Notes under the pieces: model-generated
Database searches by the model: none
Told to the model about the DNA's origin: nothing
What the model saw: only the letters and a program-made list of their open reading frames with translations
In this document: piece by piece, positions 40,045-53,329 of the stretch
Layout: every line of letters begins with the position of its first letter
How positions within the stretch are numbered: position 1 is the stretch's first letter
Translations under genes and position numbers: made by a program
Source: Octopus vulgaris
Lineage: Eukaryota
Assembly (NCBI GenBank): GCA_951406725.2
Contig: OX597819.1
Coordinates: forward strand, 91,326,001 to 91,390,000
Length of the DNA stretch: 64,000 nucleotides
Reading direction: 5' to 3'

Positions 40045-40960
40045 GTCAGTTTGTTGACTAAAACCCTTCAAGGTGGTACCACTGCAATAACTTAGCCATT
40101 CAACAAAAGAGACCAATAGAATAAGTACCAGATTTTTAAAAAAGTACTAGGGTCCATTTGTCTGACTAAAACCCTTCAAGAAAATGCCCCAGCATGGCCA
40201 CAGTAACTTAGCAGTCCAACAAAAGGACCCAATAAAATAAATACCAGATTTATAAAAACAAAAAATCTGCACCAGGGTTGATTTATTTCACTAAAACTTT
40301 TCAAGATGGTACCCCAGCATGGCCACAGTAACTTAGCAGTTCAACAAAGAAGAGCAATAGAATAAGTACCAAATGTTTTTCAAAATCCAGTACTGAAGTC
40401 AATTTGTTTAACTCAAACCCTTCAAAGTGTTGCCCCAGCATGGCCGCAGTAACTCAGCAGTTCAACAAAAGAGACCAATAGAATAAGTACCAGATTTTTA
40501 AAAAGATCAATACCAGGGTCAATTTTTCTGACTAAAATCCTTCAAGGTAGTGTCCCAGCTTGGCCACAGTAACTTAGCAGTTCAACAAGAGAGACCAATA
40601 TAATAAGTTCCAGATTAAAAAAAAAAAAACACAGCACTGGGGTCAATTTGTTTGACTAAAACCCACAGTAACTTAGCAGTTCAGCAAAAGCAGCCAATAG
40701 AATAAGTACCAGATTATATTTTTAAAAAACCAATACTAGGATCCATTTGCCTGACTAAAACCCTTCAAGGAGATGCCCCAGCATGGCTGCAGTAACTTAG
40801 CAATTCAACAAGAGAGACCAATAGAATAAGTACCATATTTTTTTTTAAAAAAAAAAGAAGAAATTAACCTAGTACTGGGGTTGATTTGTTTGACTAAAAC
40901 CCTTCAAGGTGGTGCCCCAGCTTGACCGCAATCCAATGACTGAAAAAAGTGCTAAAAAAA
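40045..40960 (+). repeat. ~120-bp tandem satellite derived from the CORE-like SINE tail (about 7.5 units)
   Basis: Unit gactaaaacccttcaagg..ccagcatggccacagtaacttagcagttcaacaa..gaccaatagaataagtacc. Confidence 0.92.
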
Positions 40961-41029
40961 TAAGATATACCATATCAAGTGAATAGGTTTCTATGTCATA
41001 CATCTGTATGTTTGTTCCTTCTTGACCCA

Positions 41030-41312
41030 TGCCTGGCTCATAACGGGTTGGTTTCCCGGTTTCCTTGGTGTAAAGATTCCCCACCTGGACAGGACGCTGG
41101 TCTGTCACAGGTGAGCTGCAAGATGCAGGAGGAAAGAGTGAGAGAAAGTTGTGGCGAAAGAGTCAGCAGAAGTTCACCATTACCTTCTGCCCGGAGCCGC
41201 GTGGAGCTTAGGTGTTTTGCTCCTAAACACACACATCGCCCGGTCTGAGATTCGAACCCACAACCCCTTGACCGCCAGTCCGCTACTCTAACCATTAGGC
41301 CATGTGCCTCCA
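41030..41312 (-). mobile_element. tRNA-derived SINE (third family)
   Basis: Minus strand tggcctaatggttagag..gggttcgaatctc; homolog of 47066-47350. Confidence 0.85.
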
Positions 41313-41340
41313 CTATACATGTGTATCTTGCTGTAATACT

Positions 41341-41555
41341 TATTTCTTTATTGCCCACAACGGGCTAAACATAGAGAGGACAAACAAGGACAGACAAAGG
41401 GCTTAAGTCGATGACATCGACCCCAGTGCATAACTGGTACTTAATTTATCGACCCCGAAAGGATGAAAGGCAAAGTCGACCACGGCAGAATTTGAACTCA
41501 GAATGTAAGGGCAGACGAAATACGGCTACGCATTTCGCCCGGCGTGTTAACGTTT
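41341..41555 (-). mobile_element. Meta-like SINE, 5'-truncated
   Basis: Matches 27823-28058. Confidence 0.88.
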
Positions 41556-42332
41556 CTAATACTGCCAGCTTGTTATATCAGCTGCCATTCCTCTTTATCA
41601 CATATTTCCTGTCCTAACTTCATCCTCATTGCATCAACTGCTCATCCTCTTCAATACACACTTCTGATCTCTGTTTTATCAGCTGCCATGTTTCTTTTAT
41701 AACATTTATTGTCAATTGCCATCTTCCCTGTATCAGCATTTATATCTCTTTATCATATTGCTGTATCGGTTATCATTGTATCAATTATCGTAACACTCTA
41801 TAGGATGTCATACATATTTATTACACGTTTATTTTTTTCCCTATCTTTTTCTTGTTTCAGTCAGTTGACTGTGGCCATGCTGGGGCACTACCTGGAAGGA
41901 TTTTAGTCAAATGAATCAACCCCGGTATTTATGTTTTGTTTTCGTTTTTGTTTTATTTTAAAGTCTGGTAATTATTCTATCAGTGTCTTTCGCCAAATTC
42001 TTAAGTTACAGGGACGTAAACAAACCAATACCGGTTGTGAAGTAGTAGGGGTAGTAATAGGTAGCAAACACAAACACAAAGATAATCATATAGGCACACA
42101 TACATACATACATATATATATATTTAGAGAGAGAGAGAGAGAGAAAGAGAGACAGAGAGTGGGTGTGTGGTGAGTAGCTTGCTTACCAACCATATGGTTC
42201 TGGGTTCAGTCCCACTGCATGGCACCTTGGGCAAGTGTCTTCTACTACAGCCTTGGGCTGACCAAAGCCTTGTGAGTGGATTTGGTAGATGGAAATTGGA
42301 AGTAGCCTGTTGTATATATATATACATATGTA

Positions 42333-42404
<72 letters not shown>

Positions 42405-42423
42405 CAGTCGCCATAATGCATCA

Positions 42424-42595
42424 TTAGCCACTACACACATTTTTTTCTCTCTTTGTTTTTTCAGTGTCCCTTTCTGTAGAAGAGCGTTGGCTCGAAACGT
42501 AAAAGACTTTTTCTATTCCTGAGCGTTATACTAATACATCTGTTGGTTTTGTACACCACCTGTCTTCATCTTTTGTTTTTTTTGTAAACTCTCCC

Positions 42596-42597
<2 letters not shown>
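42424..42597 (+). mobile_element. Short Penelope-like element with variant HHR (42470-42505)
   Basis: CUUU-CUGUAGA-A-GAGC guug GCUC-GAAA-CG-UA-AAAG; embedded in (TA)n; homolog of 13810-13980. Confidence 0.7.
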
Positions 42598-42632
<35 letters not shown>

Positions 42633-42904
42633 TATAATAATAATAATAATAATAATATAGGTAAAATTAATTAATAATTTTACCAAGTAGTCAGTACGTT
42701 TAAAAAAAAACCTTTTTCGGTGAATTATACAAAATATTCTATAATTATATACATAATTATAATCAGGGGTCAGCTAAGTGGCTCACCATGTACTGAATTA
42801 GAAATAGACGCTAATGTCTTTTCAACTACCATAAAAATCTCTGAGACAATAACACACTTTTATGTAGGCAAAAAGAAAAATGATGAATCCACACGACTTC
42901 AATT

Positions 42905-42970
42905 AACCATGGACATGTTTCGAATTTAAAGTTAAATTATATTTACCTGTTATTCTCCTCAGTGTGGTAC
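42905..42970 (-). ncRNA. Minimal type I hammerhead ribozyme, copy 1
   Basis: ACCA ca-CUGAGGA-GAAU(26 nt)AUUC-GAAA-C AU G-UC-ca UGGU; palindrome ACAUGU. Confidence 0.7.
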
Positions 42971-43434
42971 TCCAAGTTATAAATTTGCAAGTGCTAGGAT
43001 TAAATATGCACGTGACCAAGCATTATCACATAACTAATATTCAACCGCACTCCCAAAAACATACAGCCGAATGTGATATATATTTATCCTTTATACCCAC
43101 AAGTGTTACAACCTATCCTGCAGAAAAACTGCAGTTTCGATCATGGAATAAATTATAATTTTAATAATAATATAGGGTAAAATTAATTAGTCAATTAATA
43201 ATTAATAATTTTACCAAGTAGTAAGTATGTCAAAAAAACCTTTTTAGGTGAATTATACAAAATATTCTATAATTATATACATGATTATAATCAGGGGTCA
43301 GCTAAGTGGCTCACCATGTACTGAATTAGAAATAGACGCTAATGTCTTTTCAACTACCATAAAAATCTCTGAGATAATAACACACTTTTTTATGTAGGCA
43401 AAAAGAAAAATGATGAATCCACATGATTTCGATT

Positions 43435-43500
43435 AACCATGGACATGTTTCGAATTTAAAGTTAAATTATATTTACCTGTTATTCTCCTCAGTGTGGGTA
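43435..43500 (-). ncRNA. Minimal type I hammerhead ribozyme, copy 2
   Basis: Core, stem II and stem III identical to copy 1, offset by 530 nt. Confidence 0.7.
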
Positions 43501-43632
43501 CTCCAAGTTATAAATTTGCAAGTGTTAGGATTAAATATGTATGTGATCAAGTATGTGTTGAGGCACTTAGCTGACCCCTGATTATAATTATGTATATAAT
43601 TATAGAATATTTTGTATATATATATGTATGTG

Positions 43633-43719
<87 letters not shown>

Positions 43720-44227
43720 ATACCTGAAATTTACAGAAAAACAAAAGCTGAAAACAGGTGTATAAACAACAAGCAGGTATATTAGTTTGACATTGTCCCC
43801 CCAGCATCGGTTGACAACCGACGCTGGTGTGTTTACATCCCCATAACCTAGCAATTCAGCAAAAAAGACTGATAGAATAAGAACTAAGCTTACAAAGAAT
43901 AAGTCCTGGGTTCGATTTGCTCGACTAAAGGCGGTGCTCCAGCATGGCCACAGTCAAATGACTGAAACAAGTAAAAGAATAAAAGAAAAAAGACAACGAA
44001 TATGTAATTTCATTTAATTAGTTAAGTAACTAAAGTCCCTTAAGGGATGCGACCGTCCTAGTACACTGGTTTATACCAGCATTCAGAGAAAACCAATTAC
44101 ATTAGTTTATCACCAAAATGTATAGTTATTTAAATAAACCTTTTTAAATAAGAAAATGAAGAAAATTAATAAAAATTTATGTACAGATGTTTTTATTTAA
44201 AGACATTCAAATAAATAACTTCCTCAT

Positions 44228-44330
44228 GAAATTTTCCCTGAGGATATACCCAATTCACTGGTTTCGAATATGGAATTTTATTTCTGAAATTAAAGAATTG
44301 CGCATGGAAACAGCTGTAGGTAGGAGTTTC
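44228..44330 (+). ncRNA. Minimal type I hammerhead ribozyme between inverted repeats
   Basis: GAAAUUUUCC-CUGAGGA(44238-44244)-UAUACCCAAUUC..GAAUUGCGCAUG-GAAA-C AGCU G-UA-GG ua GGAGUUUC; palindrome ACAGCUGU; 63-bp IR arms 44138-44200 and 44337-44399. Confidence 0.75.
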
Positions 44331-44399
44331 TATGCATTAAATGAAAACATCTGTACATAAATTTTTATCCATTGTCTTCATTTTCTTATTTATAAAGGT

Positions 44400-44443
44400 A
44401 TATATATATATATATATATATATCTCAAGAGAGACAGAGACAG

Positions 44444-44506
<63 letters not shown>

Positions 44507-44603
44507 AAGAGAGAGAGAGAGATAGATAGATAGATAGATTAGATGGATAGATTAGATGGATAGATTAGATAGATAAATTAGATGGATATATATATATATA
44601 TAT

Positions 44604-44673
<70 letters not shown>

Positions 44674-44718
44674 GAGATGGATAGATTAGATAGATAAATT
44701 AGATGGATAGATAGATAG

Positions 44719-44814
<96 letters not shown>

Positions 44815-44970
44815 TAGTTAGGATAGATAGCTAGCTCGATAGATAGATTAATTAGGATAGATTAGATAGATAGATAGATATATAGATTAAATAGATAGAT
44901 AGATAGATTAGATGGATAGATAGATAGATAGATAGATAGATTAGATGGATAGATAGGTAGAGAGATAGAT

Positions 44971-45057
<87 letters not shown>

Positions 45058-45058
45058 C
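44400..45058. repeat. (TA)n/(GATA)n microsatellite complex
   Basis: Direct reading. Confidence 0.97.
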
Positions 45059-45489
45059 TAATGAGAATAAGTGAGCAGACCAGCCAGATCTGGATTGGAA
45101 GCATTTGTGGATGGCTAACTGAGAGAAGTAGAGGCTATTGTGGAAGGGAAAGAGGCAAATAAAAAAAAAACTGTAAATGGTTGAGCTAGTGATTGGAGAC
45201 TGTAGTTGGCAGAAACCATTGCTATTTTGGTAAGTTTTTGTGATCTTTTGGATGTGTTCTGGAATGCCTGCTGTGTGCTAGCAGAGCTGTTCCAAGCACA
45301 TGAGTTGCACTACAATGTGAGTCTTGCTTGAGAATTGTGTAGAGGCTCAAGTAGATCCCAATTCGTAGGGAAATAAATTTTTTTTTAATTTCTTTATCTG
45401 CCTTTGTGTATTTCTAGGATGGGAAGTGTGGTTGGTGTCATGAAGAATCTCCGGAAACTTGTTTAAATTTGCTAAAACATGAAACTTCA

Positions 45490-45605
<116 letters not shown>

Positions 45606-45982
45606 TTGAATACAAGCATTTGTATGCATGCGGTATGTGTGTATGCATTGCATGATATAATGTTAACTTACCATTTTAATCAAGGTCAAATGTTTAGTAG
45701 CATATCATTATTACTACCATTGTCATTGTCACTGCCACCACCACCACCATCACCACCACCCACAACCACCACCAAAACTACCACCACCACCTACATCACC
45801 ACCACCACCACCACCACCACCATCATCTCATTTAACAAGGTCAGATATGATATGATATCCAAAATGGTTATTATAATAGTACAACTTATGAACTCTTGAA
45901 ATGCGAACCTATTCTATTTTCTGTTGAAAACCAATAATTCAAATGATTTAGCCATTTAGACCCTGGGCACAAGAATATATAT

Positions 45983-46031
<49 letters not shown>

Positions 46032-46131
46032 TGCACATGCACACACACACATAAATGTATGTGTCTGCCTGTATATGTGTATATATACTTATAAATACAC
46101 AGACACACACATACATACATACATACATATG

Positions 46132-46164
<33 letters not shown>

Positions 46165-47010
46165 ATTCATATGTAAATTATATAATGTGCTATCTATTCC
46201 TTTCCCCACCTCTGTCCTATGGTGAAGAACAATTTAAGCATTATCATTATTTCCTATGGAACTAATCTTCCCTGGCTGCTGTTGCTGCTGCTGCTGCTGC
46301 CAATATTAAATCAATAAATTGCTAAAAACTCTCTTGTATCTAGGAAACAGGCCTGGCATCAAAAGAGCCAAGGGAGAATATGGCAAAGACTAAGATACTG
46401 GTAAATGTAGCGATGACCTCTTACAGTCCAACAGCAGCAACAATGATGGGGTCTTTTTTTTACAGAAGGAGGAGTTAGAGTTTTTTTTGTTTTTTTTTTC
46501 TGAAATTTTTAATTACAAAACTGGCTAAATTAAGTTGAGTCTGAGTTCACTGCAGATTATTATGGACTGAGAAAAACTACTGATGATGAAGTGAAGATTG
46601 GAATTAATATGAAGTAGTACTGATATTTTTCCTTTTTTTGTTAAATTATTTTATAATATTTTATATCAATTTTTTTTAATGCTATTATGAGTGGAATAAG
46701 GTTGGACAAATTTTCAATATTTGCATAAAAATTGTTCAAACATTTCTGTAGTAACTTGAATGTGTCAACTCTTGCCAAACAATCAAGTGGAGAGTTATTG
46801 TTGTGATTACTGTTGTTGTTACTTTGCTTCGTGTTAACCCTGATAGGCAGAACTATGATCAAAAACACATAAGGCATGACCATTCTGTCATTTTTTGGTA
46901 TATATCTAGGTCAATATTATTGCAATGTGCCTTTCTTAATTTAATGATGAAAGTGTGTAATCTAAGGGAATGTAGCAACTATTTCCTGCAGGTTGAGTGA
47001 TTGCATAGAT

Positions 47011-47657
47011 CAGGGGTTCTCAACCATTTTTTACTCATGGACCCCTACTATTTTATTTTGGTGGAGACACATGGCCTAGTGGTTAGAGCAGCTGACTCAC
47101 GGTCGAAGGATCGCGGGTTTGAATCTCAGACCGGGCGAAGTGTGTGTTTATGAGCAAAACACCTAAGCTCCATGCGGCTTCAGCAGAAGATAATGACGAG
47201 CTTTTGCTGATTCTTTTGCCACAACTTTCTCTCACTCTTTCCTCCTGCATCTTGCAGCTCACCTACGATGGACCGGCATCCCGTCCAGGTGGAGAACCTA
47301 TACACCAAGGAAACCAGCCCTATGAGCCAGGAGTGGCTTGAGAAGGAGGAACTATTTTATTTTGGTGGACCCCCATAGCCATTTGATGCTTAAAAACTAG
47401 TTTTATATATACTTTTTTCAAAATTCCTATTCTATTTTTCACACATTAACTTTTACAGGCTGAACTGCAAAATGTTAAAGGAAAAAACCTTACCCGTTTC
47501 TTGCAATACATGCCAATATATGTATTTAAAGCAAAATGTTTGCAGGGACCCATAGAATACTATTGTGGATTTCCCACTTACTATTTTGTTGTGTGGACCC
47601 ACCGAAACTCTTATATGAACCCTTAAGGACGATATGGATCCTGGATGAGAACCACTG
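47011..47657. mobile_element. hAT-like MITE containing a nested SINE
   Basis: TIRs caggggttctcaacc / ggatgagaaccactg; 8-bp TSD gcataga(t/g). Confidence 0.8.
47066..47350 (+). mobile_element. tRNA-derived SINE (third family) with 19-bp TSD
   Basis: TSD actattttattttggtgga at 47047-47065 and 47351-47369. Confidence 0.92.
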
Positions 47658-48117
47658 GCATAGAGTCTCCCTCATTTACTTATTAGTTCAGGCATTAGTG
47701 TCTTCCCTTTATCTAAGGGGATACTTGCCAAGGGTCTGTAGTTCCCTCTGGGTTGTGCTGCATGCATACAATCAACCAGGCTCTTGTTTCCAGTCCATTC
47801 TTTCATGTTGTCAGTCCACAAACATCTTTACTGGTTTCTTGTTCTCTTCCTCTTTGCACTCACTGTCAGGGTAGTCTTGGGTATTGTATATTCAAAATAT
47901 GATCAAAAACATGATAGCTTTGTATACTTGATTCTCAACAGGGTGTATCTTTGGACTTTCAGCTTTTCTATAATTGCAGTGTTTGTTATCTTGTCTTTTC
48001 AATTTATTCTGCTCAATCTGTGAAAGATTCCCATCTCAAATTTTGAAGATGCATCTGAGCTGAGCAAAAGGATAAACCTTTAAATTTATAAATTAATAGA
48101 TATATATAACATATAAA

Positions 48118-48330
48118 CCCTTTTGATAACAAACCACCTGAGACTAATCCTTGGTTGCATGATATCAACTTCCTATTTTATATTAAAGCCTACCATTGAA
48201 ACTTTATGTTAATCTAAGTTCCAAACATTAGCTTAATAATGGCAAAGTTATTTTACTACATTCTGTATTATTTTCAAAATTAATGGAGACAAATGCAGCA
48301 TGTTTCAAGAGGAATATAGTAACAAAAGGG
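48118..48330. mobile_element. piggyBac-like MITE
   Basis: Ends cccttttgataac / gtaacaaaaggg-ttaa. Confidence 0.6.
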
Positions 48331-49613
48331 TTAAATTATAATTTTGGTATTATGGCTTATATCACTTTTTTTCTTCAAACAGATTTTTGGAGACTTTGTC
48401 AATTGGCAGTTTCAAATATGAATGAGGACTGAGGAGAAAATCTTGCCTGTGAGCAAAGTGTTTCCTACTTGGCACAGACACTTCTTTGTTAACTTGTTAG
48501 GATAGTTACTTCAGTAACACGACCTGGGAGGGGAGAAGTCATAGTTGGTAGTTGGGGAGAGGGTTCCACCCCGAGCAACTCTTTTATGGGAGTGACACTT
48601 TTGAGTCTGCTGTATAAGCCTGTTTATGGAGCAGGGGCTGCTAAGGCAGAAAACTCAAAGTGCCACATACTCTAGCTATACACTGAGATACTTGAAAGGG
48701 TATTGCTGGTATGTGTTAGTATGGGTTAGATTGGAAATTTAAAAACAAAACCCTAAAGACATGTAAATTGGAATGTTATATGATGAATTAGAGCAGGACT
48801 CATTATCGCTTGTATTTTCCAAAATCTTGTCAGCTTCCTGGTTAGCTTTTGCTAATTCTGGGAATGTGGACATTTGCCATTGTTTTCAACTAGCTAGACG
48901 TTAAGTCTGCAATTTAATTGCTAAACAGGAAATTCTCACTGCCAGCCATGACTTATACACTGATTACCATCGATAGTTTCTATGAATGCTATTAACTATA
49001 ATTTTCTGGTTTTCTTTTTATTATTTTTAATGTCTTGCTATTTTGGCCCTCATAGCACTCCTGCATATATATATCTGATACTGACCAATCAAGAATGAAG
49101 TTGTTTTAATAAAACTGTCATCATCATCAATGTTTTAATATCCGGCTTATTTTTTTTTGTTTTTTGTTTTTTTGCTCAGAGTGGCAAGGGTTGGCAGGGG
49201 TCTATGCCATACAGCATATTGCCACACATTTCACATTGTACTCATTTCAATGTTTTATCAACTTGTCAGGTCAATAAGGCACTGCAATCCAGAGATCTAA
49301 TCTCACTGCTCTCCTTACATTTTTATTCTTCCTTTTTCATTAACAACAAAATAACTCTTTTTTCCACTCAACATATCTTCTATTCACAAAACCATATAAC
49401 CTGCTTATTGGTTCATCAATTCAGTAAAAAAATATCATTTTAAACAATAACAGGCAGACCTCGTTGCTTTGCCGACCTTCCGTTGCCTAGAAAATATATT
49501 TTAATTAGAGTAAAAAAAACTCTTGATAAATACTCTGAAATTATTCTTCAGTCGTTCACCCTCTTTTTTCTATCCTTTTATTTATTTATTTATTATCATC
49601 ATCATTGTCATTA

Positions 49614-49659
<46 letters not shown>

Positions 49660-49894
49660 TTTTATAATTCAATTAATTGATTCTTGTTTCTCTCAATATG
49701 ATATTAATATATCTTGCACCAATTTGGACATCAAACGGAAGTTAAGAGAAAAAAGCAAAAAATTATTTTTGGTGATTCAGAATATTATTTACAAAAACCT
49801 GAGATAACACAATCAATCCAAACACTTTGCTTAAACTGAACAGTACCTAGGAACCACTCTCACATTGGCAGAGAGGTAGGTGCAAGCTTTCCTA

Positions 49895-50285
49895 TGTTCT
49901 CTCCTCTTCTTCCTACTCCTCCACCTGTTTTTTTTCTTCCTCCTCTTCCCCCTCCTGTTTCTTTTCCTCATCCTCCTGCTTCTTTTCCTCCTCCTCCTCT
50001 TCCTCCTGTTTATTTTCCTCCTCCTTCTCTTCCTCCTCCTTCTACCCTCTTCCTCCTCTTCCTCCTTTTCTTTTCTGCCTTCTCCTCTTCCTCTTTTTCT
50101 TCCTTTTCTTCCACCTTTCCTCCTCCATCTCCTCTCCTTTTCCTCTTCCCCTTTCTCCCCTCTTCTTCTCCTTGCTTCCTCCTCCTCCCCTCTTCCTTCT
50201 CCTCTTCCTCCACTATCCCTTCTCCTCCCTGCCTTTCCTTTGTCCTCTTCTTCTCTTCCCCCTCTTCCTTCTCCTCCTCTTTCTA
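49895..50285. repeat. Polypyrimidine (CCT/CTT) low-complexity tract
   Basis: Direct reading. Confidence 0.95.
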
Positions 50286-50839
50286 CCACTACCAAAACCA
50301 CCAACAAGTACAACAATAACAAATGTTCTGAAAATTAATTATTTGAGATAAAAATTCATACAGCAATACACAGTATATTAAAGACTCGGATCCTTTGAAG
50401 TTTTACTGTAATTTAAAACAACCATTTAGGCACACACATACCGCAACCTCTCACCCATCCACCCACGCACACACGTACATTTATATATTATCACATAAAT
50501 ATATATGTATATCTATGGCGCAATAGATAAGGTGGTATTACAGGTTTGTGTCCTGCCAGAGGATGGTAGTACCCTACCATGGGCATAGCTTGCAAAATGA
50601 AAGAGGTTAAAGAATGTGTGTGTGTGTGTGTGTATACATAGTCCACTCTGCTGCTTGGTTGGTGTTATGAAGGGAATCCAGCCATAAAAACCCTGCCAAA
50701 ACAGACTACAGAAGTCAAGTGCAGGCTTCTGACTGGCCTGCTCCTATCAAACTGTCCAACCCATGTCAACATGGAAGGCAGACATTATTAAACGATTATG
50801 ATGATGATGATGAGGATGATGGTGATGATGATATATACT

Positions 50840-51718
50840 CAGGGTGTAGTGAATAGACTGTTGTCTAAATTATACAAAAATGGAAAATTACACTGACATC
50901 TCATTTTAACAAATATATTTACCAAAATTACATAAAAATATCTTGAAATACTAACGAGTAAATTTATTCAATAAATTGGTTTCAACCACGGCCTCCGGAT
51001 GGCTTCAGAATCTCTTGCAACTCTTTTGAAAAGTCTCTTTGTTTAAGTCTGTGAATGCCTCCATAATCCTTGCCTTCAGTTCATATTTGCTGTTACAAGG
51101 AGTTTTGTTGGTCTCTTGTTCAACTGCAACCCACACATAATAATCAAGGGGGTTGCAGCCAGAGGAGTTAGGTGGCCAGATGTTAGGATGTGGTGACAGG
51201 AATTGTCTGACAACAATGAATGGGTCCTCTTACTTGTGTGGCATGATGTAGTGTCCTGTTGCAAGACATAGGGTCTTCCAGCAGCCACCCTCTTGACCCA
51301 GGGCAACACTACCTCCTCCAGGCACTTGATGTAGGCCTTTGTGTTAAGTCTGAGGCCGTATGGGAAGATGAATGGAGGCATAACGTCACCATCACTAGTG
51401 ATCACTCCAAACATTATAATGTTGGCTGGATGTTTGATTTTTATCACTCTTGGTACACATCCTCAGATTTCACTGTCTTCAGATTGACATCCAAACACTC
51501 TGAAATGTTTGTGTTGGAGCTTCTGGCACAAATGCCAAGCAGTACAGCATGTCATTTCCAAATTTCTGGCAGAGTAAATTGTGTCATGGTGATGTTTTTC
51601 TCACAGAGAGTGCCCAACTGGCCCTACTATACTGTGTAGTCAACAAAATCAAAAACAAACAATGTGCATGCACGAAATTAAAATTATAAAATGGTGACAA
51701 TTTACTCACTGCACCCTG
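50840..51718 (-). mobile_element. Internally deleted Tc1/mariner element, maT/DD37D-like
   Basis: TIR-like ends cagggtgtagtgaatag / tttactcactgcaccctg-ta; ORF 51076-51447 KHPANIIMFGVITSDGDVMPPFIFPYGLRLNTKAY..YVLQQD, followed by frameshifted WPPNS..NPLDY. Confidence 0.85.
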
Positions 51719-52130
51719 TATGTATACTCATGCATTATCATCAACATTTAACGTCCATTGTCCATGCTGGCATGGGTTAGATGGTTCGATCAGGATTAGC
51801 AAGTTGAGGAGCTGCACCAGATCCAGGGACACAGAGAACTTTACTTCCCTGTCTTGTTTTCTCTGGAGGCTCTGTGATCTCTGAGACAAAACACCCAGCA
51901 TCAAGTGGACTATTGTTAACTGATCGCAATCAACTGCCAGCTCTGCCTCTGCAAAAAACTGCATATCCTCCAACAACCCGCAGTATCCATCAACAAGAAA
52001 CACGATTTATCTTATTGCTGTCACCAGATGTATTCCCTTCTGGCAAATTTCGAACCTCTGACTACCGACAAACCGGTATCAGCTGCACCAAGGTCACCAC
52101 CACCAACTAACTCCATGAGCAGGACTGCCA

Positions 52131-52218
52131 ATTACCAATTCCCAATGCTTACCAAAACCCAATGCTTACAAATCCCCAATGCTTACCAATTCCCAATGCT
52201 TACCAATCCTCAATGCTT
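52131..52218. repeat. 17-bp minisatellite (about 5 copies)
   Basis: ttaccaattcccaatgc repeated. Confidence 0.9.
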
Positions 52219-52219
52219 G

Positions 52220-52540
52220 TTATGCACATGTATACTCATGCATGCACATGTGTGTGTGCACATGCATGCATGTGTGCATGCACACTAGTATGCATGTGTG
52301 CATGCACACTAGTATGCATGTGTGCATGCACACTAGTATGCATGTGTACATGCATGCACACATATATACATATGTACATATAAATGAATATGCATGTGTG
52401 TACATGTGTATTGCATGTGTGTATGCACATGTATGCATGCGTGTGCATGCATGCATGTTCATTCATATGTGTGTCTATGTGAGTGAGTGTGTGTGTGTGT
52501 ACCTGTGTGTGTGTATGTGTGTATGTGGGTGAGTGTATGT
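52220..52540. repeat. (TGCA)/(TG)-rich low complexity with a 24-bp unit
   Basis: tgcatgtgtgcatgcacactagta x3. Confidence 0.9.
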
Positions 52541-53182
52541 GCAGCCCATATACAGATGTGAGCACTAGAATCAATACAGACATGCATGCAAAACCATATG
52601 AATGCAGTATTTTCCAACTAACTGTTACCAATATACCAACATCAAACCACAACACTGTATAACCTCCTGTGACCAATCGCAGCCCACCTTACAGTAATAG
52701 CAACCAGCTATTCATATTCAAAATGGCTGAAGACTAGCATCACACTTGAAACTCAGAATACCAATGAATTTGAATCAAACTGTTTTGATCCAATACATGT
52801 AACTCCTAATAAATTTGTTCAGTGCCCTTCTTTCGTTTATCCACTCACTCGTGTATATTATATATATTTGTATATATATATTATTTAGCTATTTACATCT
52901 GGATAGTCAGTCTAAACAGACTGAAGGGGGTCTCCTCCATATATATTTTTTTTCTCCCTCTCTCTTTCTCTCTCTCCCTCTCTTCGTCTCTCTCTCCCTC
53001 TCTTCGTCTCGCTCTGCTGGATGATTGGTGTTAGGAAGGGCGTTGAGCTATAAAAACCCTACCAAAACAGACACAGAAGTCTGGTGCAGGCTCCTGTCAC
53101 ACCATCCAACCCATACCAGCATGGAAGGTGGACATTAAACAATGATGATGATCATCATCATCATTTTATATACATACATACA

Positions 53183-53213
<31 letters not shown>

Positions 53214-53329
53214 GCGTATACATGCAATGGGCTTATTTCAGTTTCTGTCAACCAAATCCACTCACATGGTGCCACAGTGAGATTGAACCCAAAATCATAT
53301 GGTTGAGAAATAAACTTCTAAACCATATA

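Larger units (their letters stand above)
42640..43618 (-). mobile_element. Tandem 530-bp HHR-bearing repeat (about 1.7 units) plus inverted partial copy; retrozyme/pLTR-like
   Basis: ~42655-43020 repeated at ~43170-43551; 43564-43618 is the reverse complement of 42726-42780; (TA)n on both sides. Confidence 0.85.

Noticed and set aside
40045-40960. CRISPR-like regular array
   Set aside because: The whole unit repeats with no unique spacers, it derives from a SINE tail, and the context is eukaryotic with no cas genes
45060-45240. Promoter or first exon (two ATTGG boxes, G|GTAAGT donor)
   Set aside because: Short motifs expected by chance; no downstream coding exon identified
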